From NCBI GenBank assembly GCA_009776515.1, contig WRNP01000002.1, forward strand, positions 1-39,566: a DNA stretch of 39,566 nucleotides, written 5' to 3'. This document shows positions 1 through 8,182 of this stretch, in pieces. Each line of letters starts with the position of its first letter. Positions within the stretch are counted from its first letter, which is position 1. The notes under the pieces were generated by a model, which saw only the letters and a program-made list of their open reading frames with translations, was not told where the DNA came from and made no database searches. The stretch is from Dehalococcoidia bacterium (GTDB lineage: Bacteria; Chloroflexota; Dehalococcoidia; Dehalococcoidales; UBA1222). A program made the translations under genes and the position numbers.

Positions 1-171
1 TATGCACGCCATAATTTGACAAAAATATTCAGGCTTAAAGCCTGGCTTTCCTGTGCCTAGTTTTCAGCCTATCATTTTGAAGTTGTAGCCGAAGAGACGA
101 GAACTTCTACCATAATTGGCTTCATATCATGGCAATTAGCTTTATTCCTTTGGGCATGTACTCGCAACAAC

Positions 172-200
172 TTGAATGTCTTTCGCCGATATGATAATCT
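172..200 (+). promoter_or_regulatory. candidate sigma70-type promoter of the ars operon
   Basis: TTGAAT at 172-177 is followed 15-17 nt later by GATAAT/TAATCT at 193-200, just upstream of the arsR-like frame. This is a by-eye match only. Confidence 0.3.
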
Positions 201-209
201 ATGATTAAG

Positions 210-219
210 TATGCGCATA
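210..219. promoter_or_regulatory. perfect 10-bp palindrome TATGCGCATA, candidate operator
   Basis: The sequence is self-complementary and lies between the candidate promoter and the ArsR-like coding frame. The core ATGCGCAT recurs at 18478-18485. Confidence 0.3.
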
Positions 220-291
220 TAGCGGAGTAATGTTACGCGTAGCCTGACCAAAGCCGCCAAGGCCCTTTCTGACGACACCCGACTCAGGATA

Positions 292-1011
292 TTGAGTATC
301 CTTCTGGAGGGGGAGTGCTGTGTCTGTGAGGTTGCCAAAGTACTGTCAATCTCTCAGACTCGCGCCTCGCGCAATCTTAATATTTTATATAATGCTGGCT
401 TTCTCAAATACCAACGGGATGGTCTTTGGGCATATTACTCTATCGACCAAGCCAGCCTGACCGACTATATATCGACTTTCATAAACGCCATCAAACTTGG
501 CTTCTCCGATAGCGAAACTGCCGCAAATGACAGAGCGCGCCTGAAAGATGTCCGGGAGTTTCGTGCACATTGCTGCAATCCGCCCTGCGACAGCCCTGAC
601 CCAACAGAGACAAGCACAAAGAAGAAAACAGTGCTTTTTATTTGCGTGCACAATGCCGGTCGTAGCCAAATGGCCGAAGCCTTTTTCAACAAAATAACTC
701 GGGGGAAATCATTGGCCATCTCCGCCGGCCCTAGACCAGCTGAGCAGGTAAACCCCATGGTCGTTGCCGCTATGAAAGAAGTGGGCATGGACCTTAGCCG
801 GATTAAGCCAAGGCTACTAACCATCGAGATGGTAAATAGCGCCGATATGGCAATCACGCTTGGCTGCGAGAATGACTGCCTACAGGCATCACCAGATGCG
901 GAAAACTGGGCGCTGGACGATCCGTCGGGGAAATCTCTCCATCAGATTAGAGAGATCAGAGACGAGATAAAGGAGCGGGCAGCAAGGCTCATACAGCAAA
1001 TGAGGTTATAG
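292..1011 (+). CDS. ArsR-family HTH metalloregulator fused to an LMW-phosphatase-type (thioredoxin-coupled) arsenate reductase (ArsR-ArsC fusion)
   Basis: The N-terminus has DDTRLRILSILLEGECCVCEV, the ArsR HTH with the CVC As(III) site. The C-terminus has VLFICVHNAGRSQMAEAFF, the CX5R P-loop of LMW-PTP/ArsC, plus GCENDC. ArsR-like sequence (SLTKAAKALSDDTRLRIL) continues in frame upstream of the TTG at 292, back to the TAG at 220-222. The true start is therefore probably upstream and non-canonical. Confidence 0.8.
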   Translation: MSILLEGECCVCEVAKVLSISQTRASRNLNILYNAGFLKYQRDGLWAYYSIDQASLTDYISTFINAIKLGFSDSETAANDRARLKDVREFRAHCCNPPCDSPDPTETSTKKKTVLFICVHNAGRSQMAEAFFNKITRGKSLAISAGPRPAEQVNPMVVAAMKEVGMDLSRIKPRLLTIEMVNSADMAITLGCENDCLQASPDAENWALDDPSGKSLHQIREIRDEIKERAARLIQQMRL

Positions 1012-1109
1012 TTATGCGTGTAATACATGAGTTACGACCTATTTTCGGCCCCTCTCAGTCAGCGAGATCCTTAATAAAAACAGTATTTACCTAATGGCAA
1101 TGGTATGAA

Positions 1110-2213
1110 ATGAGCAAACAGTCGCGCAGAGAACCAAGGCTGTCATTTTTGGACAGGTTCCTAACACTATGGATATTCCTAGCCATGGCATTGGGCATAT
1201 GCCTGAGTTACTTTGTGCCCGGCACCGCAAGGTTCATTGATTTCCTGTCCGTAGGCACCACCTCCATCCCGATCGCCATCGGGCTGATCTTGATGATGTA
1301 CCCTCCTCTAGCCAGGGTTAAATACGAGCAGTTCGGCAAGATTTTCCGCGACTGGAAAGTGCTGGGTATTTCGCTCATCCAGAACTGGTTGATCGGACCT
1401 ATTCTGATGTTCCTGTTGGCCACACTATTTCTTGGATACCTCTGGCCTATGCCGGAATACATGACAGGCCTTATCATGATAGGGTTGGCTCGTTGCATTG
1501 CCATGGTCATTGTCTGGAACGAACTGGCTCAGGGAAATAATGAGTATGCCGCCGGGCTGGTGGCCTTTAACTCCATTTTCCAGATCGTCTTCTATTCGGC
1601 TTACGCCTATGTCTTCATCACAGTTATCCCCAACTATTTTGGCCTAGCAGGGTCGACGGTGGATATCACCATCGGGCAGATTGCCGGAAGTGTGCTGATC
1701 TATCTCGGCATTCCCTTTTTCGGAGGCATGGTCACCCGTTTCGTCCTTACACACATCAAAGGCTTTGAATGGTACGAAAAGGTATTTATACCTAAAATCA
1801 GCCCGATTACCCTAATGGCACTTCTTTTTACTGTCGTCGTCATGTTCTCCCTAAAAGGCGGGGTCATTATCCAGTTGCCTCTAGATGTCCTCCGCATAGC
1901 CGTCCCTCTGTTGATCTACTTCATAATCATGTTTCTGATCTCATTCTATATGGGCAAAAAAGCCGGCGCAGGCTACACCAAGACAGTCACCATCGCTTTC
2001 ACTGCGGCCAGCAACAATTTTGAACTTGCCATTGCCGTGGCCATCGCCGTTTTTGGCATCGGCTCCGGACAGGCTCTCGTTGCGGTCATCGGACCGCTGA
2101 TAGAGGTGCCTGCAATGATCGGGCTTGTAAATATCGCGCTCTATTTTCAGCGCAGATATTTCCCGCCACAAGACAACGACAAGCATCTTGGTATGGCGCA
2201 GATTAACATGTGA
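1110..2213 (+). CDS. acr3: ACR3-family arsenite efflux permease
   Basis: 367-aa polytopic membrane protein with ACR3-type motifs ([38 protein letters not shown]). It lies in an ars operon. Confidence 0.9.
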   Translation: MSKQSRREPRLSFLDRFLTLWIFLAMALGICLSYFVPGTARFIDFLSVGTTSIPIAIGLILMMYPPLARVKYEQFGKIFRDWKVLGISLIQNWLIGPILMFLLATLFLGYLWPMPEYMTGLIMIGLARCIAMVIVWNELAQGNNEYAAGLVAFNSIFQIVFYSAYAYVFITVIPNYFGLAGSTVDITIGQIAGSVLIYLGIPFFGGMVTRFVLTHIKGFEWYEKVFIPKISPITLMALLFTVVVMFSLKGGVIIQLPLDVLRIAVPLLIYFIIMFLISFYMGKKAGAGYTKTVTIAFTAASNNFELAIAVAIAVFGIGSGQALVAVIGPLIEVPAMIGLVNIALYFQRRYFPPQDNDKHLGMAQINM

Positions 2214-2310
2214 GCACAAAATTGCACATCGTGGCTCCGTTCGACAAACAACCTAATGGGGCAACTGCTTCCTTTTTACAGCGGTAATAATAACGATAAG
2301 GACGGAAAAA

Positions 2311-3186
2311 ATGAAACAAGAAGAAATCCACAAGACAGTCAGGGAACAGTACGGCAAGATAGCCAAGCAGAGCGGTTCTTGTTGCGGAGAATCTGCCCAG
2401 CAGATTACCAATTGCTGCGGAGCCAACACTGGCGCTGTCGCCGGCATCAGCAAAAAACTCGGATACAGTGACCAGGACCTTAATATGGTGCCCGAAAGTG
2501 CAAATTTAGGTCTCGGCTGCGGTAATCCAGTAGCCCTGGCATCTTTGAAAAAAGGTGAAATTGTCCTTGATCTTGGCTCTGGAGCTGGCTTCGATAGCTT
2601 CCTGGCCGCAGCCAAGGTCGGTACTGCGGGAAAAGTCATCGGCATTGATATGACCGCCGAAATGCTGGACAAGGCCAGGGAAAATGCCCGCAAAGGTAAC
2701 TATACAAATGTTGAGTTCCGCTTAGGCGAGATTGAGAATCTCCCCGTAGCAGACAATTTTGCAGACGTCGTCATCTCTAACTGCGTCATCAACCTCGCCA
2801 GCAACAAACAGAGGGTTTTTGACGAGGCATTTCGGGTCTTAAAACCCGGCGGCAGATTGATGGTATCAGACCTTGTAATTTTAAAAGAACTACCGAGTTG
2901 CATCTTAACCTCAATTGATGCTTATATCGGATGCGTAGCCGGTGCCATGGAGAAAAATGAATACATGGAGACCATCGGCAAAGCGGGATTCGAGGCGGTT
3001 AAAATCATCGAAGAATCGGCATACCCTCTCAGTAGCGCCATGACTGACATTATCTCCAAAGTTACAGCGGATGGCTTGGGGCTGACCGATCAACAGGTAC
3101 AAGATGCCTCGGAATCCATTGCCAGCATCAAGGTTCAGGGAATAAAGCCGGCACCTGAAACGAAAAGCATATCAGGCATGAACTAG
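2311..3186 (+). CDS. arsM: arsenite S-adenosylmethionine methyltransferase
   Basis: It has the SAM-binding motif VLDLGSGAGFD and the ArsM-type cysteines (GSCCGE, NCCGA, GLGCGNP, YIGCVAG). It is adjacent to acr3. Confidence 0.85.
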   Translation: MKQEEIHKTVREQYGKIAKQSGSCCGESAQQITNCCGANTGAVAGISKKLGYSDQDLNMVPESANLGLGCGNPVALASLKKGEIVLDLGSGAGFDSFLAAAKVGTAGKVIGIDMTAEMLDKARENARKGNYTNVEFRLGEIENLPVADNFADVVISNCVINLASNKQRVFDEAFRVLKPGGRLMVSDLVILKELPSCILTSIDAYIGCVAGAMEKNEYMETIGKAGFEAVKIIEESAYPLSSAMTDIISKVTADGLGLTDQQVQDASESIASIKVQGIKPAPETKSISGMN

Positions 3187-3260
3187 ACATTGCCAGACTT
3201 TCTTTTCAAAGAGCGGGAGGTCTGTTAGGATATTAGCCAAAATAATCTGACAGCTAGAAA

Positions 3261-4088
3261 GTGAGCCTTGTGTCCATTACCGAAAACAACCCCATGCCCG
3301 TCGTTCGTCTTATCAAGCTCACCCGCTGTTTTGGCGAGCTTGCGGCTGTCGACAATCTTGATCTGGATATCGCCACAGGGGAGAGCTTCGGGTTGCTCGG
3401 CCCCAACGGCGCGGGCAAGACCACCCTCATTAAGATGCTCACCACCATCCTACCGCCCAGCTCCGGAGAAGCCATGGTAGCCGGCTTTAGCATCACCCGG
3501 GCCGCTTCCGATGTGCGCCGCGTAATTGGCTATGTCCCGCAAGTGCTCTCCGCCGACTCGTCTCTAACAGGCTATGAGAACCTATCGATCTTCGCTGGTC
3601 TCTACAGCGTGCCCGCGCGCACTAGGCGGGAGCGCACCATGGAAGCTCTGCGCTTCATGGGGCTTGAGGAGGCTGCTCACCGACTGGTACGCACCTATTC
3701 CGGCGGCATGATCCGCCGCTTGGAGATCGCCCAGTCCATCCTACACCACCCATCCGTCCTCTTCCTGGACGAGCCCACCGTCGGCCTTGACCCTATCGCC
3801 CGCAAAGCCGTCTGGGAGGTCATTGCCGAGCTCCGCCGTAGCTACGGCACCACCCTACTCACCACCACCCATTTTATGGAGGAAGCCGACAGCCTATGCT
3901 CCCGCGTAGCCATCATGCACCACGGCGTGGTGGTCGCCCTAGGTAGCCCAGCAACACTCAAGGCCACCGTCGGCCCGAACGCCACCATGGAGGACGTCTT
4001 TATACATTACACCGGCGACAATCTAACCGAAGCGGAGGGCTATCATGACACCGCCAGAACCAGGCGCGTCGCCAGCCGACTCGGCTAA
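3261..4088 (+). CDS. ABC transporter ATP-binding protein (DrrA/ABC-2 exporter type)
   Basis: Walker A GPNGAGKTT, signature YSGGMIRRLEIA and Walker B LFLDEPTVGLD are present. GTG start. Confidence 0.9.
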   Translation: MSLVSITENNPMPVVRLIKLTRCFGELAAVDNLDLDIATGESFGLLGPNGAGKTTLIKMLTTILPPSSGEAMVAGFSITRAASDVRRVIGYVPQVLSADSSLTGYENLSIFAGLYSVPARTRRERTMEALRFMGLEEAAHRLVRTYSGGMIRRLEIAQSILHHPSVLFLDEPTVGLDPIARKAVWEVIAELRRSYGTTLLTTTHFMEEADSLCSRVAIMHHGVVVALGSPATLKATVGPNATMEDVFIHYTGDNLTEAEGYHDTARTRRVASRLG

Positions 4089-4878
4089 AACGCGTTCCCC
4101 GAGCAGTCTCAGCGACTTTTTCCGTAAGATCTTCATCGTCGCCGGCGTTGAAGTGCTTAAGTTGCGCCATGACCCATCGGAGCTCATCATGCGCGCCATT
4201 CAGCCTGCCCTATGGCTCGTTGTCTTCGGCGAGGTCTTCTCTCGGATGCATACCATCCCCACGGGCGATCTCCCATACGTAGATTTCCTCGCCCCGGGCA
4301 TTTTGGCCCAAAGTGCTATGTTTGTGGCCATCTTCGGCGGCATGAGCATCATCTGGGAACGTGATCTGGGCATCGTACACAAATTTCTGGTCTCGCCTAC
4401 CCCTCGTCTCGCCCTAGCCTTGGGCAAGTCCGTAGCCGGAGGCGTGCGCGCCCTCTCCCAAGCGCTCATCGTCTATCTGTTGGCCATGATTATGGGAGTG
4501 CACATCAACTGGAACCCTATCAATCTGTTAGTAGTCATCATTGTAGTCGTTTTGGGAGCGATGGTATTCACTTCTTTCTCCCTCATCATCGCCCTTCTCG
4601 TCAAGACACGCGAGCGCTTCCTAGGCATCGGCCAAGTGCTCACCATGCCATTTTTCTTCGCTTCCAGTGCCATCTACCCCGTCTCGGTTATGCCAAGCTG
4701 GCTCCAGGTGTTGGCGCGCATCAATCCCTTGACCTATCAAGTGGATGCCCTGCGTCTGCTGATGATAAACGGAGGCACCGGCAACCACGCGCTCTGGCTG
4801 GACTTTGTCGTACTCGTGAGTGCCACGTTAGTACTGACCATCATCGCAGGCAAGCTTTATCCCCGCGCTGCTATCTAG
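4045..4878 (+). CDS. ABC-2 type transporter permease
   Basis: Six-TM hydrophobic protein directly following the DrrA-like ATPase. The only canonical start (ATG 4045) overlaps the ATPase gene by 44 nt. Confidence 0.8.
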   Translation: MTPPEPGASPADSAKTRSPSSLSDFFRKIFIVAGVEVLKLRHDPSELIMRAIQPALWLVVFGEVFSRMHTIPTGDLPYVDFLAPGILAQSAMFVAIFGGMSIIWERDLGIVHKFLVSPTPRLALALGKSVAGGVRALSQALIVYLLAMIMGVHINWNPINLLVVIIVVVLGAMVFTSFSLIIALLVKTRERFLGIGQVLTMPFFFASSAIYPVSVMPSWLQVLARINPLTYQVDALRLLMINGGTGNHALWLDFVVLVSATLVLTIIAGKLYPRAAI

Positions 4879-5188
4879 CTCACCAGAGATCAATGAGAGG
4901 GCCTAACTGCCAAAGCCAGGGGAGAATCTTCTGCACTGGGCATTCAACCCCCTGCCATAAGGCTAAGCGCGCTGCAAACGGCACCTTGTTCGGTTTGGTA
5001 TGAGTGAACTATTCACAAGCCTTAACGCGAGAGTGTACCGAGGTCCCGCCCAATTAAGCACAATGGCAATCTCGCATTGTAAACACCATAACTTTCAGTA
5101 TGCGCCGTCGTTATCATAGTAAGTAGTAACCGCCTGCCCAGTCAGTCTTTGGACATTATGAGGACAGACGGCTAGAATACGACCTATC

Positions 5189-6133
5189 ATGTCAAAAAAC
5201 AAACTGCTCCTCAAAATCAGCCCCGCTCTTTGGAGCCTTGCTATATTCATCATTGCCCAAGCCCTCACTTTCGCCACCGTGTGGCGGCAAGACCCTTTTT
5301 TGGAAGAAGCGGGTATCTATGTGCCGTCCCAGCCATCCGACATCGTCTCGCTCTGGCCGGGCGAGGTCGTCCTGCCTGACGACACAGTGGTCGATGTCCC
5401 AGCCTACTCTGCCCTGGGGCCCATTATCATCTATTTCTTCGTGGTCGTGGTCATTGTCGGTCTGGTCCTCTATTTCCTTCCGCTCCATTTGCTTCAGAAG
5501 CTGATGCGAATCCTGTTCGGGATACTTTTCGGCTGGAGCGTCTTTGTGATTCTAGCCATCTGGCTACCATTGGTACCAAGCTTGGTACTCGCCGTAGCGG
5601 TAGGGCTGGCTTGGCTCTTATATCCCCGAGTATGGCTGCATAACGGGGTTATGCTGCTAGCCATGGTCAGCCTAGCAGCAGTATTCGGGCGCTTCATCAC
5701 CCCCTGGACCGCAGTGGTCTTGCTGGCGGTCCTTGCCATCTACGACTTGCTGGCAGTGCGCTTCGGATTCATGGTATGGATGGCCAGCAAGCTCTCCCTC
5801 ACCAACGCCATGCCTGCTTTCGTTTTCCCCCGTAAAAGCAAGGGGTGGCGCTCAAGTCTCCAGGAGGCCTCTTTTGACCACACCGAGGATGAAAAACCTG
5901 GAGAGCGGCGCTTCTCTATCTTGGGAGGCGGTGACATCGCTTTTCCCCTGCTCGTATCCGCCTCAGCTTTCTTCGCTTTCGGCTTAAGTTCGGCAATGCT
6001 CGTAGCTGTCTTCGGGCTAATCGGGCTCCTTGCAGCTTACGCCATCCAATTGGTGTTGCTCAAGGGGCGACCTATGCCCGCCCTGCCTCCCATTGCCGTC
6101 ACGTGCGCGGTAGGAATACTGCTGGTAAGCTGA
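5189..6133 (+). CDS. presenilin/signal-peptide-peptidase-like intramembrane aspartyl protease (A22 family, archaeal PSH-like)
   Basis: Polytopic membrane protein carrying, in the right order, YD (LAIYDLLAV), GxGD (LGGGDIAFPL) and PAL (PMPALPP) motifs. Confidence 0.7.
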   Translation: MSKNKLLLKISPALWSLAIFIIAQALTFATVWRQDPFLEEAGIYVPSQPSDIVSLWPGEVVLPDDTVVDVPAYSALGPIIIYFFVVVVIVGLVLYFLPLHLLQKLMRILFGILFGWSVFVILAIWLPLVPSLVLAVAVGLAWLLYPRVWLHNGVMLLAMVSLAAVFGRFITPWTAVVLLAVLAIYDLLAVRFGFMVWMASKLSLTNAMPAFVFPRKSKGWRSSLQEASFDHTEDEKPGERRFSILGGGDIAFPLLVSASAFFAFGLSSAMLVAVFGLIGLLAAYAIQLVLLKGRPMPALPPIAVTCAVGILLVS

Positions 6134-6229
6134 GGCGCTACACTATCAATGACTGGAGCAAAGCAGGGGGCCAGGTCACCGCCCGAGAAGCATAGCCACC
6201 GAAATCACGGGCGGGCTCCACAGTTCCAT

Positions 6230-6266
6230 AAATGGCCAGACGACCTTGCAATCGTCCGGCCATTTT
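6230..6266. terminator. bidirectional intrinsic terminator between convergent genes
   Basis: AAATGGCCAGACGA (6230-6243) pairs with TCGTCCGGCCATTT (6252-6265) with one mismatch and an 8-nt loop. The hairpin is flanked by T/A runs. Confidence 0.7.
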
Positions 6267-6289
6267 CCAAGGTTAGATGACAATGCTCT

Positions 6290-6796
6290 TTAGCTCTTGT
6301 TCGAGACAGGCAAAGGCAACTTGTGCCAAGCTTTACCTTTCTCTCCGACCAGCCTAATGAAAGGCAACAGCATAAAGAAATCGCCGAACCAGCCATAGTG
6401 GTTGGCAATGGCAATGACCCCGGACATAATCAAATAGAAGCCAAAGATATAGTTCAGAATGGACGGGAAGATGGCGACGATTACCCCAAAGACCAAGGTG
6501 ACAATGCCCACGACCATGGCATCAGCACCGAATATCAGCCACACCCCCATCAAGATCAGGTAGCCCGCCACTAGGTAGTTCCAGAAAGCTGGGAATACCA
6601 GGATGGCAAGGCCAAACAAAAGCGAGACGATACCCGGCAGCCAGGCACCGCCTATAATCCAGAGAATGCCAAAAAGAATCGCGATACCCGCAATGAGGTA
6701 GTTCAAAATACGAGGGAAAGCAATAACGATAACCCCCAAGGTGATGGCCACGATGCCGAACCAGAGACCGCCGATGCTAAGTTCTGCCCAAGGCAT
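6290..6796 (-). CDS. DUF308/HdeD-like membrane protein with three internal repeats
   Basis: It contains three ~37-aa repeats: GIVAITLGVIVIAFPRILNYLIAGIAILFGILWI, GIVSLLFGLAILVFPAFWNYLVAGYLILMGVWLI and GIVTLVFGVIVAIFPSILNYIFGFYLIMSGVIAI. An AGGAG RBS precedes the ATG. Confidence 0.75.
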   Translation of the reverse strand: MPWAELSIGGLWFGIVAITLGVIVIAFPRILNYLIAGIAILFGILWIIGGAWLPGIVSLLFGLAILVFPAFWNYLVAGYLILMGVWLIFGADAMVVGIVTLVFGVIVAIFPSILNYIFGFYLIMSGVIAIANHYGWFGDFFMLLPFIRLVGEKGKAWHKLPLPVSNKS

Positions 6797-6809
6797 AGAA
6801 TGCTCCTTT

Positions 6810-6956
6810 CTAAGATTTCCTGAAAATAGTCAGGAGGCCCCAAGCGATAAGAACAATACTACATACCGGATATATCAAGTCCTGACGATATAAAACGACA
6901 ACCCCTGCCACAATAGCCAGGGTGCCCAGCAAGAAGTTGGGTAACCTTTTGCTCAC
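6810..6956 (-). CDS. small two-TM membrane protein (DUF308-like), co-transcribed with 6290..6796
   Basis: A GTG at 6956 lies 5 nt downstream of GAGAGGAGG, and a TATAAT on the minus strand lies at 6984-6989. I prefer this start to the ATG at 6992 because of the RBS. Confidence 0.5.
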   Translation of the reverse strand: MSKRLPNFLLGTLAIVAGVVVLYRQDLIYPVCSIVLIAWGLLTIFRKS

Positions 6957-7059
6957 ACATGCCTCCTCTCTGCTTTTTAGGCCATTATACACCAGCGGTC
7001 GTTACCAAGCCATAAATCGGCCGCCGTGGAGGGGTGTCGTGAGCTCCGTCATCGTATGT

Positions 7060-7088
7060 TTGACACCTATACGTACGGCTGATATAAT
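7060..7088 (+). promoter_or_regulatory. consensus sigma70 promoter of rplU-rpmA
   Basis: TTGACA (7060-7065), an exact 17-nt spacer, then TATAAT (7083-7088). Confidence 0.7.
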
Positions 7089-7092
7089 TCAG

Positions 7093-7128
7093 CTTTGTTG
7101 ATTTGCAAAGTAGCGGGTTGCCACCCGC
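7093..7128 (+). promoter_or_regulatory. structured 5' leader of rplU (possible ribosomal-protein leader)
   Basis: There are two 5-bp hairpins: CTTTG/CAAAG at 7093-7110 and GCGGG/CCCGC at 7113-7128. They lie between the promoter and the RBS. I cannot judge similarity to the known L21 leader by eye. Confidence 0.25.
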
Positions 7129-7148
7129 CGCTTCATTGGAGGTATGTC

Positions 7149-7523
7149 ATTTACGCCATAATTGAGACCGGAAATAAGCAATACACCGTCCGTCCAGGCG
7201 ACAAGCTAAAAGTCGAGCGCTTGACCGTTCAGGATAGCGATAGGTTCGCGCTAGGTCGCGTGCTGGCTGTAGGCGACGACCACAAACTCAACGTTGGTAA
7301 CCCCATCGTTGACGGAGCAAGCGTCGTGGCCACCATTATCGGTAACGGATTGGGTAATAAGGTTACGGTTTTCAAGTTCAAATCCAAAGTGCGCTATTCC
7401 CGCAAGCAAGGGCATCGTCAACCGTTTACCGAAGTCGAAATCAATAGTATCGTCATGCCTGGGACGGAAGAGGCTGGGGAATCCGCTACCCCACGCCCTC
7501 ACACTAAGAAAGAGGAAGTCTAA
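7149..7523 (+). CDS. rplU: 50S ribosomal protein L21, probable ATT start
   Basis: ATT at 7149 gives the canonical N-terminus [17 protein letters not shown] at 7138-7142 lies 6 nt upstream. The only upstream in-frame canonical start codons are the TTGs at 7095 and 7098, which lie at the predicted transcription start. Confidence 0.9.
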   Translation: MYAIIETGNKQYTVRPGDKLKVERLTVQDSDRFALGRVLAVGDDHKLNVGNPIVDGASVVATIIGNGLGNKVTVFKFKSKVRYSRKQGHRQPFTEVEINSIVMPGTEEAGESATPRPHTKKEEV

Positions 7524-7777
7524 TGGCTCACAAAAAAGGAGCGGGTTCTTCGCGCAACGGTCGCGATTCCAAGCCCAAGATGCGAGGGGTCAAGCGTTAC
7601 GGCGGTGAAACCGTGAGTGCCGGCACCATCCTCGTGCGCCAATGCGGTACACACACTGCGCCAGGCAACAATGTCGGCGTGGGGCGCGATTACACCCTAT
7701 TTGCCCTCATCTCCGGTCAGGTCAAATTCGAGCCGGCGGGTAAAGATAAGCGAAAGGTAAGCGTTTACGCCGTATAG
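7523..7777 (+). CDS. rpmA: 50S ribosomal protein L27
   Basis: [16 protein letters not shown]... The gene overlaps the rplU stop in a TAATG junction. Confidence 0.95.
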   Translation: MAHKKGAGSSRNGRDSKPKMRGVKRYGGETVSAGTILVRQCGTHTAPGNNVGVGRDYTLFALISGQVKFEPAGKDKRKVSVYAV

Positions 7778-7845
7778 GCAGCTCACGAACCGAGATCGCC
7801 ATCCCCCACCAAATTAACGGGCGGAGATCTAGAGAGAGAAACGCT

Positions 7846-8055
7846 ATGAAAGAAAAAATACACCCTAATTACTACCCAGATGCCGAGGTCACCTGTTCCT
7901 GCGGCAACAAGTTCACCACCGGCTCTACCAAGAAACAGCTTAAGGTAGAGCTTTGTAGTGCCTGCCATCCTTTCTACACAGGCGAGCGGCGTATGGTGGA
8001 CACCGCCGGACGTGTGGAGCGCTTCAAACAGCGCTACGCCAAGGCTGGTAAATAA
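7846..8055 (+). CDS. rpmE: 50S ribosomal protein L31 (zinc-binding type)
   Basis: [10 protein letters not shown]... with CSCG and [10 protein letters not shown] motifs. Confidence 0.95.
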   Translation: MKEKIHPNYYPDAEVTCSCGNKFTTGSTKKQLKVELCSACHPFYTGERRMVDTAGRVERFKQRYAKAGK

Positions 8056-8066
8056 CTGGAAAGACC

Positions 8067-8097
8067 AAAGGAGCGGCCAGAACAGCCGCTTCTTTTT
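8067..8097 (+). terminator. intrinsic terminator after rpmE
   Basis: AAAGGAGCGGC (8067-8077) pairs with GCCGCTTCTTT (8085-8095), including one G-U pair, with a 7-nt loop. A T-rich tail follows. Confidence 0.65.
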
Positions 8098-8182
8098 AAT
8101 TGACACGTTATGCGGGCACTGGATGTTTGAAGAACTAACCCACCAGCTCCTCTTTCTCCCTTGCCGAACCGGAAGCTGAGGT

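Noticed and set aside
220-222. The in-frame TAG upstream of arsR read as pyrrolysine.
   Set aside because: There is no pyl gene or methylamine methyltransferase context in the window, and TAG is used as an ordinary stop by many genes here. A near-cognate start or a sequence error is more economical.
72-857. ORF-track entries 72..338(-), 385..669(-) and 465..857(-). The same applies to many similar 60-150-aa ORFs antisense to or nested in long genes, for example 13879..14314(-), 22978..23421(-), 28120..29898(+), 29947..30666(+) and 38418..38975(-).
   Set aside because: They lie opposite or out of frame to genes with strong family signatures. Their Arg/Ser/Pro-rich composition is typical of shadow ORFs in GC-rich coding DNA, and they show no motifs or RBS.
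4045-4088. The 44-nt overlap between the ABC-2 ATPase and permease genes as evidence of a frameshift or fusion.
   Set aside because: Both frames are intact and each protein has a normal length. No later canonical start exists for the permease, and overlaps of this size occur in such operons.
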